Positions 10,901-20,000 of a DNA stretch of 20,000 nucleotides are shown here, one piece after another. The stretch comes from Xylographa opegraphella (lineage: Eukaryota). Made by a program: the position numbers and the translations under genes. The notes below the pieces were generated by a model. It did not search any database. It was not told the DNA's origin and was given only the letters and a program-made list of their open reading frames with translations. Within the stretch, counting starts at the first letter, position 1. The number at the start of each line of letters is the position of its first letter. The stretch spans positions 551,944 to 571,943 of the forward strand of contig JALDZX010000008.1 of assembly GCA_022813865.1 (NCBI GenBank), given 5' to 3'.

Positions 10901-12343
10901 TCATTCTCGGTCACATCTGTTGTCCTCATATCTGCAGGGAGATCGGCCTCATCCGGCGTAAGATGGCTGCTCAAGTTCAGATCGTAGTATATGGCGCGCT
11001 CAAGGTCAATAGCCTCTCGTATAAGATTCGTTGCACGCGAGAGCATTTCTTCGAGATCTTAGAGGGTCCAGTTCTATCAGGTTCAGAGCTCAGCGACTGG
11101 GCTTGAGAAGAGCATTCTTCTGTGAGTACGTTTTGCTCGTGACTTTCTGCTGCGGTTGTTTTAAAATGACTGAGCCTACCATTGGGTATGTGACTGGGTT
11201 CGTCAGAGATGTCTATAGATGCAGAAGTTTCAAGAAAATTGCTCTGTGTTCCGCCCTGGGGGTTCTTTGGCTGCGAAGGATTTGGCACTGGATGCGAGGT
11301 TGTTCGAGATGTGACTATTTGCATGCTCTGCTTGCTATTGTTGGCGGAAAGGGAAGTGGTAAGATCATCGGATGACGATCCTATCGTTCCAATGCTCTCT
11401 AGTCTAGGTCTCTCTACCATTGATCGGGTATTCGGGCCAAACTCTATGTCGGCTCTCTCCTCCAAGGTCATAGACCGCTGTGACGAGTGAATTGATCGTG
11501 AACCTTTGCTCGATTTGATCCACCATTCGCATAAACTGGCCCTGCCCTCGACGAATAGCCCCAGGCCTTGGATCATCCTCTCAGCGCGTTCGCGTTGCTG
11601 CTTACACATAACGAGCTCGAGGTGGTCCATGATAGAGTCGGCAATTTCTTTCAGTACTGTCAGACCTTTCGTATCCAAGCCTTCACGCGGCTTATTATCA
11701 ACAACGCAGAAGCTTCCAATCGTCAGGCCAGATGGACTGTGTATTGGGACTTCGGCATAATAGCGCATATGTGGCCATCCAGCAACATAAGGTCGATCTT
11801 CGAAGCCAGGTACCTTTGAGAGATCATTCATCACATAGTGGGACTCGGTAGCTTTTACAAGTATCGAGTCTATATTAAGACTTCCGTCCGTAGAGGTAAA
11901 GAGCCGTATTGTATTGGGGCAGACCCCCCATATTAAATCCAGCGTAGTGGCACCCAAGTAGACCGCGTCGTCGTCACCACCATCGTGAACATCCTCGGAA
12001 TTCAACGAGACGGTCCGTGTGGCTTCTGCAAGAATGTACTGGTGCTCATTATCCATAAGAGCGATTAACGACCGTTGGCAGTCCAGCTTCAGAGCGCCAA
12101 GTTGGGCGAAAGCTGTCAATGAAGTATCCTTGGCCACTCTTGCTTTGCTATCTTTGGAATTGACGACGGCCGGCTGGAAGAACCTATCGACGACACATCA
12201 GAGTATTAGCATTCATCAGATCCAAATACCCTGATCTCGCGGTCAGAGACTACACGCCTTAGGAGTTCCTGCACCCGTTTCTGCTCCCCAATTTGGTCTG
12301 CCGACAGCGCCGGTGCATGACATGGCGCACGGTAAAGCCACAT
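7953..12343 (-). pseudogene. Hybrid histidine kinase (GAF-HisKA-HATPase_c-REC), about 1317 aa if repaired; frameshift at about 11058-11060 and in-frame TAG at 9983-9981. Exons 12343-12258, 12183-10141, 10076-8971, 8787-8421, 8363-8249, 8188-7953
   Basis: GAF: LTAFAQLGALKLDCQRSLIAL...RPYVAGWPHMRYYAEVPI...IGSFCVVDNKPR. H-box: FISSISHELRSPLHG. N-box: MNLLGNALKYT. G1: DSGKGI. G2: GTGLGLSIV. Linker: PFGPQKLAKAL. Receiver: LLVEDS...FMDISMPVIDG...IIALTG...TKPV. Exon lengths sum to a multiple of 3 only if 1 base is added at about 11059. The kinase identity is secure; pseudogene status is likely but not proven. Confidence 0.85.
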
Positions 12344-13856
12344 TGTTGCAGATTGTCCGAGGAGACATTGAAGCTCTCGCAATAATGTACAGGGTTTTGA
12401 GCTGCAGCGTGGTCGGCAAATGCAGCCGATATGGGGATTTCACAATTCGCTTGAGCAATTGGCATAGCGTATCATAAGGCTGGCTAACATACGTGACGAT
12501 TAGATGCGGGTGCCGGTTCAAAGTTGTTCCGTAATATCTGAAGGGTCGTTTTTGGAGCCATGGGAATTTGATAAGATTGGATAACAGTCGCAGGCGAGAC
12601 TTCTGCTGATTTGTTCAAGGGCACTGATGCAAGGACGGATTGGCATCGATGCCATGCAACAAAGACTTCGGGGGTTGTGAGCCTAATAATCGGATGCACC
12701 CTGATGGTACCTGGGTCCATTGGCGGCTCCTCACCGAAAAGACTCTCTTTGCAAGGGCCCCTGGATATACACGCTATCTCCATGTCCCAGCTATTGCTCT
12801 CAGCCTCACACTCGTCATTCTCAGAACGCGTATAGCTAAGGATGGACAGAAGAAACATATCCGGGCCAGTCTAATGCGCGGGTTCAGCCTGCTAGGCGCA
12901 AACCGCTCAGATAGACGCTGTTGCCGAAGTGACCTGTACAACGGGCTGGCACACGGGGCAGGCGCACCGCAAGGTCCGCAGTACTCATTGACCTGGGTAT
13001 GCTCGAGCGCAGTTTGGAGGTCGATGGGCAGCTGCCCGACAAGCAGGTTGCAGCGTTCGATTGGAGATATCCAGCGTCGTACAATACCCAGGGTGTGTGA
13101 CAAGACTCGCATGCACAGAAACCGGCTGCGGTCTCGAAAATACATACACAAACTGTATATTCAAGCACAAGAATTCATCGTAGAGATCACCTCTCATCCT
13201 CACCCGTAACAATTCCGCCACAAGACCAAAACCGGACCAGTCCACACCGAAATGGTATGAGCATTCCCAATGAGATCGCTCTCACACGCTGCCAACCACG
13301 ATCCGCAGCAAAGCACCACGAGGAGAATGCCGCGTCTGGACCGCCAACCAGACGCCACGAAACCCCATCTCCGCCAGACAAAGAATGTATTCCTTTCAAG
13401 CTCATGGTGGAAAGACAAAGGACCACACGTGCCCAAGGACGCCCCCATGTACACCTATGGCCCGTTTCATACAAAGACTTTGCTCTCGCGAAGCGCATGC
13501 TTGACGTGCTTTGTGTGCAATCTTCTCTTTTTTTGGTTTGAAACCGCGATTTCTCATTATCGCAGTGTGAGATATGTTTAGATGATTGTCGATCGGGGAC
13601 TCAGTCCGAGGCACTATACATTGTGTATGTTCGAGCAACGCTCTCCTCTGGAATGCGTCTTTGTGTGAGTGCGACACCTCGTGAGCATACAAGCTGTTGT
13701 GCCCCGGCTTCTTTCTCGTCAGAATCTCATCTGTACATTCGCATACATATACGATAGCGAGTACAATAACCAAGAGTTTTCTACTCGTCTGCATCATTCC
13801 ATATTGCCTAGGCTTCACAATATCACAGAAAGAGAAGATACACCGCCTGCACAAAT

Positions 13857-14993
13857 ATGGGTCAACCCTCCTACATCCCCCGTCACCCCTCTCCCCTCCA
13901 TATTTCTTGCTCGCCGTCGTCCCCTTTATCTCCGCTCAGCCCTCTCTCACCATTTGTACTTCCTGCTCCTCGCCCTGTCACGCTCCCCCTCGTCAGCCCT
14001 CTTCCTCAACTTTCTCGGCCACCGCCGCCTCCTCCCCCAGCCTGGACCTGGACCTGCCATCACTGCTCCGAGAATTACCCTCTCGGCGCCACCCGTCGCT
14101 GCCTACAAGACGGGCACTACTTCTGCTCCGGCAGTACCATCGATCAGAGAGGCAACGTCCGAAAGCACAAGGCGTGCGGCAGTGTATTCGACTACATTGG
14201 ATGGAAAGCATGGGGAGATTGGCGCCGGGAAACCGCAACTCGGAAGCGGAGGAGAGGGCCAAAGATACTTAGAGAGCACCGTTGCGGCTGCGGAACGGAG
14301 TGTGATTTCCCAAGCCAGTGCCGCTGGAAGCCGCGACTGAGCACCGCGAGGCTGGCGGCCGTGACTTGCATCGCGGAAGAAGATCTCTCGCCCACCTCGC
14401 CCGCGTCGCTCTCGTTTGCCGAGGAAGCCGACTCACCCAAGTCGCCCACGTCGCCGACCTCGCCGCCGCTGTCGCCGAGGGAGAATCTCTTGCGAGTGCT
14501 CCACTCGGTGCAGCGGCGCAAGTCCGCCAGCCACAGCCCGATCAAGCACGACGGCAGCAGCCTCTCGCCCGCATTCGACATGCCCGTCCTCTCCTTCGCC
14601 GACTTCAAGGCGCAGATGGACAACAGCCGCAGCGCGTTCGCGGGCCCATCCCCGTCCTCGTGGGACACCGAGCATGACGACGACCGCGACATGGAAACGG
14701 CGCAGCCCGAGAAAGCGAGAGGCGGGCCCGCAAGCAGCGGCGGCGCCGTCATCCGGCACGACGATTTCGACGACGTCGCCGACTCGATCGAGGAGTTGGA
14801 CGCCATCGACGGGCTGAAACCGTTCCGGGACCTCAGCACCCTCGAGGGGCACGACGAGATCGTGGTTGATGTGCTGCCCGACGCGCCCGGCTCGCCGCGG
14901 CGGAACGCGTGGGATTGGAGTGTTGGTGGCTTGGGGCCTAATATGGGGTCGATGGACGGCTTTATGGATATTGATACCTGTGTGGACATCTGA
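13857..14993 (+). CDS. Uncharacterised 378-aa single-exon protein with a Cys/His putative zinc-binding domain and Pro/Ser-rich and acidic disordered regions
   Basis: Long ORF with GC-rich codon third positions. Motif WTWTCHHC...RRCLQDGHYFC...ACGSVFDYIGWKAWGDWRR...CGTECDFPSQCRW, flanked by many SP/TSP repeats. Confidence 0.8.
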   Translation: MGQPSYIPRHPSPLHISCSPSSPLSPLSPLSPFVLPAPRPVTLPLVSPLPQLSRPPPPPPPAWTWTCHHCSENYPLGATRRCLQDGHYFCSGSTIDQRGNVRKHKACGSVFDYIGWKAWGDWRRETATRKRRRGPKILREHRCGCGTECDFPSQCRWKPRLSTARLAAVTCIAEEDLSPTSPASLSFAEEADSPKSPTSPTSPPLSPRENLLRVLHSVQRRKSASHSPIKHDGSSLSPAFDMPVLSFADFKAQMDNSRSAFAGPSPSSWDTEHDDDRDMETAQPEKARGGPASSGGAVIRHDDFDDVADSIEELDAIDGLKPFRDLSTLEGHDEIVVDVLPDAPGSPRRNAWDWSVGGLGPNMGSMDGFMDIDTCVDI

Positions 14994-15550
14994 CGAGTAT
15001 GCGGTTCGCGACACGGCGCATTTGGGGGTTTGTATACTAGCCGGTATCGTTGGTGGTGTGGCAATAATTGTAATACACTTTCACCTTTGTACTCCTTCCG
15101 TGAGTGGAATTTCTGCAATGGAATCTCTGCAACCCCGTGGGAAATATGCCAAGTAGTTCCTTTCACGCACCTCCTACTTAGGCGTGGACAGGAATCGCTT
15201 GCGGTCACTTCATTAGTTAGTCTCAAGGCAACGGTAAATCTTAGATGTGGTGCTTTCCGTGGATGGTTGTATCGTATGACTGACTTGTTTCTTGATGTCA
15301 GGTAGATATAATTGGGGAGGAAGTGTGGAGGACTAGTGGCGTCGCCGCTATAGAAACATAGGATATACCTTACAACTTTGATGTCCAAACAAGGTAGCTA
15401 TACCTCAAGAAAGCAGACTGTCTAGCAAACGGATACACTACTATATCCGCTACATCATCCGTAACGTTTGCTGGTGAGCCAACTCGCAGATGCAGATCAA
15501 TCCACACTCAACTCGCCTTTCCTCCCAAGCCGGAACGCTCTCGACCTCTT

Positions 15551-16373
15551 TCAGCGCAGGAGAAACGAGACCGCCCGCAGCTGCGGCGCTAGCCTCCTCA
15601 GCCCACAGTAACAGCTCAGCATGCCCGAGGTGCCTCGTCCCTGCACACCCATGCACTGGAAACCGCGCCTGCGATACGCACGCAGCCGGCCCACAGGAGC
15701 GATTATACGCGCCCTTGCTATCCCCCGCATATCTCCAGGCCGCTGCGTCGGCGCCGGGCCACTCTCTTCGGACGCAAGACGCGCGAGCTCAAGCCTGCGT
15801 GCCGCCTCGCGCAGGTCCGTGGCGAGATACTGGTCTTCGGTTTCAGGGCAGAAGCAGCGGCGTTCGCAGTAGGCCTCGATTCTCTTGTCATATAGCAGCA
15901 CCGCCGTCGCAAAACGCACGTCGAAAACTGGCTGCCATCTTGTTTGGGACCAGATGCACTACGCCGAAGCGAGACGAAGCGTCAGTCAGCCAGTCGATCC
16001 GACTGTCGGTCGAAGCCTCGCAAACAGCAGAGCGTTCCTAGCATTGCCGTGGTACTGCTGGCGAAGGGAAGGGAATATGTCTTACGAATCCCCCATAATT
16101 GCCTTCTGGATTTCCATTTATCGTGCACAGGTGGGAGATGTCGGTGAAGTTCAGGTGCGACCACTCACTCCACTCCCCACACGCCACGACTTCCAGAGCG
16201 TCGCGGATCTCCCAGCTGCGTTGTATGTCGCCGTAAGTGCCGTCCGGGAGATCACCGTCGCAGAAGAGTCGGTCGCGAGGCAAGGACAACCTGGTGTAGG
16301 AATTCCCGCCAGCGCATAAAATGCGGGCCGGGAACCAAAGAGTGAGAAGAGCAGCGATGACAGAAAAAAACAT
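15551..16373 (-). CDS. Putative secreted cysteine-rich protein, 231 aa. Exons 16373-16086 and 15958-15551
   Basis: Signal-peptide-like N-terminus MFFSVIAALLTLWFPARILCA. A 127-bp intron (GTAAGA...GCTGAC...GTAG) joins two ORFs in frame: FCDGDLP...HLCTINGNPEGNYGGF/CIWSQ...FD...YCERRCFCP...QC...SCYC. 11 Cys in total. Confidence 0.7.
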
Positions 16374-17283
16374 ACTACAAGGGAAATAATGCTTGCTGGC
16401 AGGAGGATGGCAAGGACGGGAGGGGAGACATGTTGTAGGACGAGATCCGAAAACGCCAGCAGTACATCAAGGTGTTTATACTCGGTATTGAAAGGGTGCA
16501 TTTAATGGCGGATGATGCGAGCCAGTTGCCTCTTTCCTCTCCGAACAAATAACCGCTTGGCGGTCATCATCTTTCATCGAGGTCCAATGCATATTTGCCA
16601 GATATCGAGAGGCGGTTTGTTATTACATATTGAGGCATTGCTGGTCAATAGAAGGAGTGACAAGACGAGAAAGCTGGAGTCTGCTGCTGACGCGTGGAAC
16701 CTCATACGCGCCAAAGCCAGATTTGCATTACAGTTCCCCAGTTCGGTGTGCCTTTGGATCATCAGGGCCTCAAAGGGTACGACTATAGCCGCTCACGACC
16801 ACACCGTGTCTGGTGCACACCACATCGTCCGGATGTCTGGAAAGGAGGAAAACTCGAACTCGAACTCGATCTATTTCTTAGTAGCAACGTTCTGTCAGCG
16901 GTCCACCGCACATGCCAGCGTCGATGCCGGCACTAGCCGCATCAGGCAGAGTTGGGACTAGCCGGATGATGTCATTGGCTGGGGGCCGCCAAGTCTTTTC
17001 GCCGCTGGAGCTGGCGTGGTGGAAGAGTGGAGAGGAAAAGACGCACGCAATGATCCACGGCCGGAGTAATAATAGAGCACGGTAAGGAGTGGGAGCAGAA
17101 GAGAGAGGGAGAGAGGCTTGCCAATATTATTCATTGGCTGACATGCGCCCCCAAGCATGCCCAGCCTCAGTATCTCAGGCTTGGGAGGCCCCGGCATTTC
17201 TGATTGCTCCGGTCGCTCCTCCGTGGATAGTTTATGCTGAATGCGAAGAGAATGTGCATACAGCCAAGACGGCAAAGTGGGCC

Positions 17284-17327
17284 TTATCAGTTGGTGGCTA
17301 TGGTCAAAGGGTGACCCCCACAGATAA
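17284..17327. promoter_or_regulatory. Pair of HGATAR sites (candidate AreA/NIT2 nitrogen-regulatory elements) upstream of the ammonium transporter
   Basis: TTATCA (TGATAA on the minus strand) at 17284-17289 and AGATAA at 17322-17327, about 240-280 bp upstream of the ATG at 17563. Short motifs, so they may be chance. Confidence 0.35.
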
Positions 17328-17562
17328 ACTACGGTTCGTTGCGTCGTCGATCGTTCGACTTCGACTCCTATACAGGCTTCCTTGCTCACCGACTTCGGCC
17401 TTCTTCCCCCTCTGAACTTTGGCCGTGGACAGTCTGCTTTGCTGAGCGACGCTTTTCACAACAACCTCAAGATATTGGCTCAGTCAACTCGCACTGTCTG
17501 CTTGAAGTATTCTCAACCGCTCACGCTTGTGCCTTTGGGAGCACGATATATGACCTGACAGT

Positions 17563-19333
17563 ATGTCGTATGCATGGGTTGGAGCTCCGGCTCCTTTTAA
17601 TGGGTCGAATGTATTGACCGGTGGTGATTCTGGTATGTACCAGCCCGTTTACTTTTTCCACCGTTACGCACGTGCTCCTACCATGACTCTGCATAATACT
17701 GCAGCTGGAAGTCGAACCATGTACATGCTGACGGCTCCCCTTAGCCACCACAAACCTCAATCAATGGTACCAGCCGGGGGACCAGGCCTACATTATTGTG
17801 GCCTCGGCCATGGTATTGGTCATGATACCTGGACTCGGCTTCCTGTACTCAGGCCTCGCGAGGCGGAAATCGGCTTTGAGTATGATCTGGGCATGTATGG
17901 GTTCCTTCTCGGTCATCACTTTCCAATGGTACTTTTGGGGTTACTCTCTCGCCTTTTCGAATACGGGATCTGCCTATATCGGAGATCTTCGCCACTTTGG
18001 TCTGATGAACACATTGGCGGAGCCGAGTCCGGGCTCTCCCCTTATTCCTGAGTTATTGTATAGTTTTTATCAGGTGAGGAAAGAACTCGGACAAGTGGAG
18101 GACTCTGCTGATAGGTGGACAGCTTCAATTCTGCGCCACCACGGCTGCCATCGTCGTGGGAGCCGTTGCTGAGCGGGGTCGATTGATGCCTTTGATGGTC
18201 TTCATCTTCTGCTGGGCGACACTCGTCTATTGTCCTATCGCATGCTGGGCATGGAATATAAATGGATGGGGTTTCAAGTACGGAGTCATGGACTATGCTG
18301 GTGGAGGACCCGTCGAAATCGGTTCTGGCATGTCAGCCTTGGCTTACTCCATGGTACTTGGGCGGCGCCAGGAGAAAATGATGATCAATTTCCGACCACA
18401 CAACGTCTCCTTGATCGTGTTGGGGACAACCTTCCTGTGGTTCGGCTGGCTCGGCTTCAACGGCGGCTCCAGTTTCGGTGCCAATCTGCGTGCTGTCATG
18501 GCCTGCTGGAATACTAATTTGACGGCCATGTTTGCCGCAGCAACCTGGGTGCTTCTCGATTTCCGACTTGCGAGGAAATGGTCTATGGTTGGGTGGTGCT
18601 CCGGAGCAATATCCGGCCTGGTAGCTGCCACTCCCGCTTCTGGCTTCGTCACTCCTTGGGGAGCGGTGATACTGGGCGTTTGCACAGGAGCTATATGCAA
18701 TTACGCAACAAAAGGTAACGCGACGCCCCTCCATTACTAGAAGAGCCTACCCTGACGCTATCCACAGTGAAATACTACCTCCGCATCGACGACGCCCTCG
18801 ATATCTTCGCGGAGCACGCAGTCGGCGGCATGATCGGCCTTTTTTTCAACGCCCTCTTCGGCGCCGACTACATCATCGGCCTCGACGGCGTCAACACCGG
18901 CCTGCTCACCGGTGGCTTCATCAACCGCAACTGGCGCCAGATCTACGTGCAGATCGCGTACATCGTCGCCACCACCGCGTACGCGTTCGTGGTCTCCGCC
19001 CTTCTCGCCTACGCCATCAACCTGATCCCAGGCCTGCACCTGCGTGCCTCGGAAGAAGCCGAGCTCCTCGGCATGGACGACGACCAGCTCGGTGAGTTCG
19101 CGTACGACTACGTCGAGGTCCGCAGGGATTATCTGGCCTGGACGCCCAGCAGGGGTGAGCAGAAAGCAGATGACGCCGACATCCCCATGCAGGACAGGCA
19201 TGGCATTTCGGAGCATGGCCAGATGCTGGAGGGCAAGACCCCGACGGGCAGCCAGGACGGTGGCGAGGAGCACACCGGCGTGGCGGGCGATCGGCACGGT
19301 ATCGAGGCGGAGAAGAAGGAGGTTCAGTCCTGA
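17563..19333 (+). CDS. meaA: Ammonium transporter (Amt/Mep family), MeaA/Mep1-3 type, 518 aa. Exons 17563-17632, 17745-18073, 18123-18714, 18768-19333
   Basis: Three GT-AG introns give 1557 nt in frame. Motifs: MIPGLGFLYSGLARRKSAL, QWYFWGYSLAFS, GAVAERGR, MDYAGGGPVEIGSG, FLWFGWLGFNGGS, SGLVAATPASG, IDDALDIFAEHAVGG, LRASEEAELLGMDDDQLGEFAYDY. The symbol is assigned by subfamily resemblance; orthology is untested. Confidence 0.95.
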
Positions 19334-19954
19334 CCGGGCGGAGGGGTGATGGTGGGCGTGCGGGTACGGGGTGTGAGGGGGTATCTTTGAGGATTGGGTT
19401 GTATTGTAGTGTTTTGGGTAGGAAGGAATTCGTATTGCGGGAGGGAGCGGCACGACATACAGACATTTAGTCCTTGGGGGAAAAAATGAATATATATGTT
19501 ATATACCCCGAATCATCGATCGTGAGTTACCATTGTGGCCGAGTCGGTCGGCATCAGGTACATCCGCGCTGCTGATCATACCAGCAACCCTTCCCCATAT
19601 TCTCGGCACAGTACTGTTGAACAATCGGGAGCGAAGGAACCCCTGACGCACCCCAGCCGATCCATGGTGGTTTTTTCCGCCCATCGGCCCGCTACGATAT
19701 AGTTACCTATTCAAGCGTGAAGTTCGGCGTTTGCGGCCTTCGGCGGAGTGTAAACTCCCACCCTATCACTTCGGCTTCGACGCCGGCTTCGGGGTGTCCA
19801 CTCCCTCCTGCTTAGAAGCACTGCTGTCAGTGAAGACTGCTTCCATTCACATGTACGGCGAGGTCACCATCGCAGCATTTGGCCATGGATGGCGGGAGGA
19901 GAGGGATTTCACTGGGCCGTACGGAGTCGCTCGGGGAGGTTGGGGAAGGGAGGA

Positions 19955-20000
19955 GAGAGGGAGAGGGAGAGGGAGAGGGAGAGGGAGAGGGAGAGGGAGA
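19955..20000 (+). repeat. (GAGAGG)n hexamer microsatellite / polypurine tract running off the window end
   Basis: About 7.7 perfect copies from 19955 to the last base, preceded by a G/A-rich stretch. Confidence 0.95.

Noticed and set aside
12344..13856. Many overlapping 70-190 aa ORFs and an intron-like ATG/GTATGA...CCGCAG near 13252-13308
   Set aside because: No recognisable product in any phase; could be UTR or chance and cannot be supported without transcripts.
14192..15388. 398-aa minus-strand ORF and other nested ORFs
   Set aside because: GC-rich antisense or alternative-frame shadows of the 13857-14993 gene.
16851..16868. (AACTCG)3 repeat
   Set aside because: Too short to be meaningful.
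18758..19466. 231-aa and 149-aa minus-strand ORFs
   Set aside because: Antisense to the high-GC3 last exon of the ammonium transporter.
19499..19950. Possible 3' end of a minus-strand gene
   Set aside because: All three frames stop quickly and none has recognisable motifs.

Overview
Eukaryotic, intron-rich DNA that looks like a filamentous ascomycete (Pezizomycotina): short 49-183 bp GT-AG introns with CTRAC-type branch points, fungal-type gene families, and no operons, rRNA/tRNA, CRISPR or recognisable transposon. I reconstructed nine gene models by hand. In order: the 5' part of a CUE/Smr (Cue2-like) gene (-, missed by the ORF track); two tandem small genes with nucleotidyltransferase-like (AbiEii/MenT-like) motifs, both frameshifted (+); a YJR124C-like MFS transporter (-); a single-domain AAA+ ATPase (+); a GAF-HisKA-HATPase-REC hybrid histidine kinase with a frameshift, an in-frame stop and a GC-AG intron (-); a Cys/His zinc-finger-like unknown protein (+); a Cys-rich secreted protein (-); and a MeaA/Mep1-type ammonium transporter (+). 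The window ends in a (GAGAGG)n microsatellite. The best candidate for something undescribed is the decaying tandem pair of NTase-fold genes next to the Cue2-like gene. All family calls rest on remembered motifs, not database searches.
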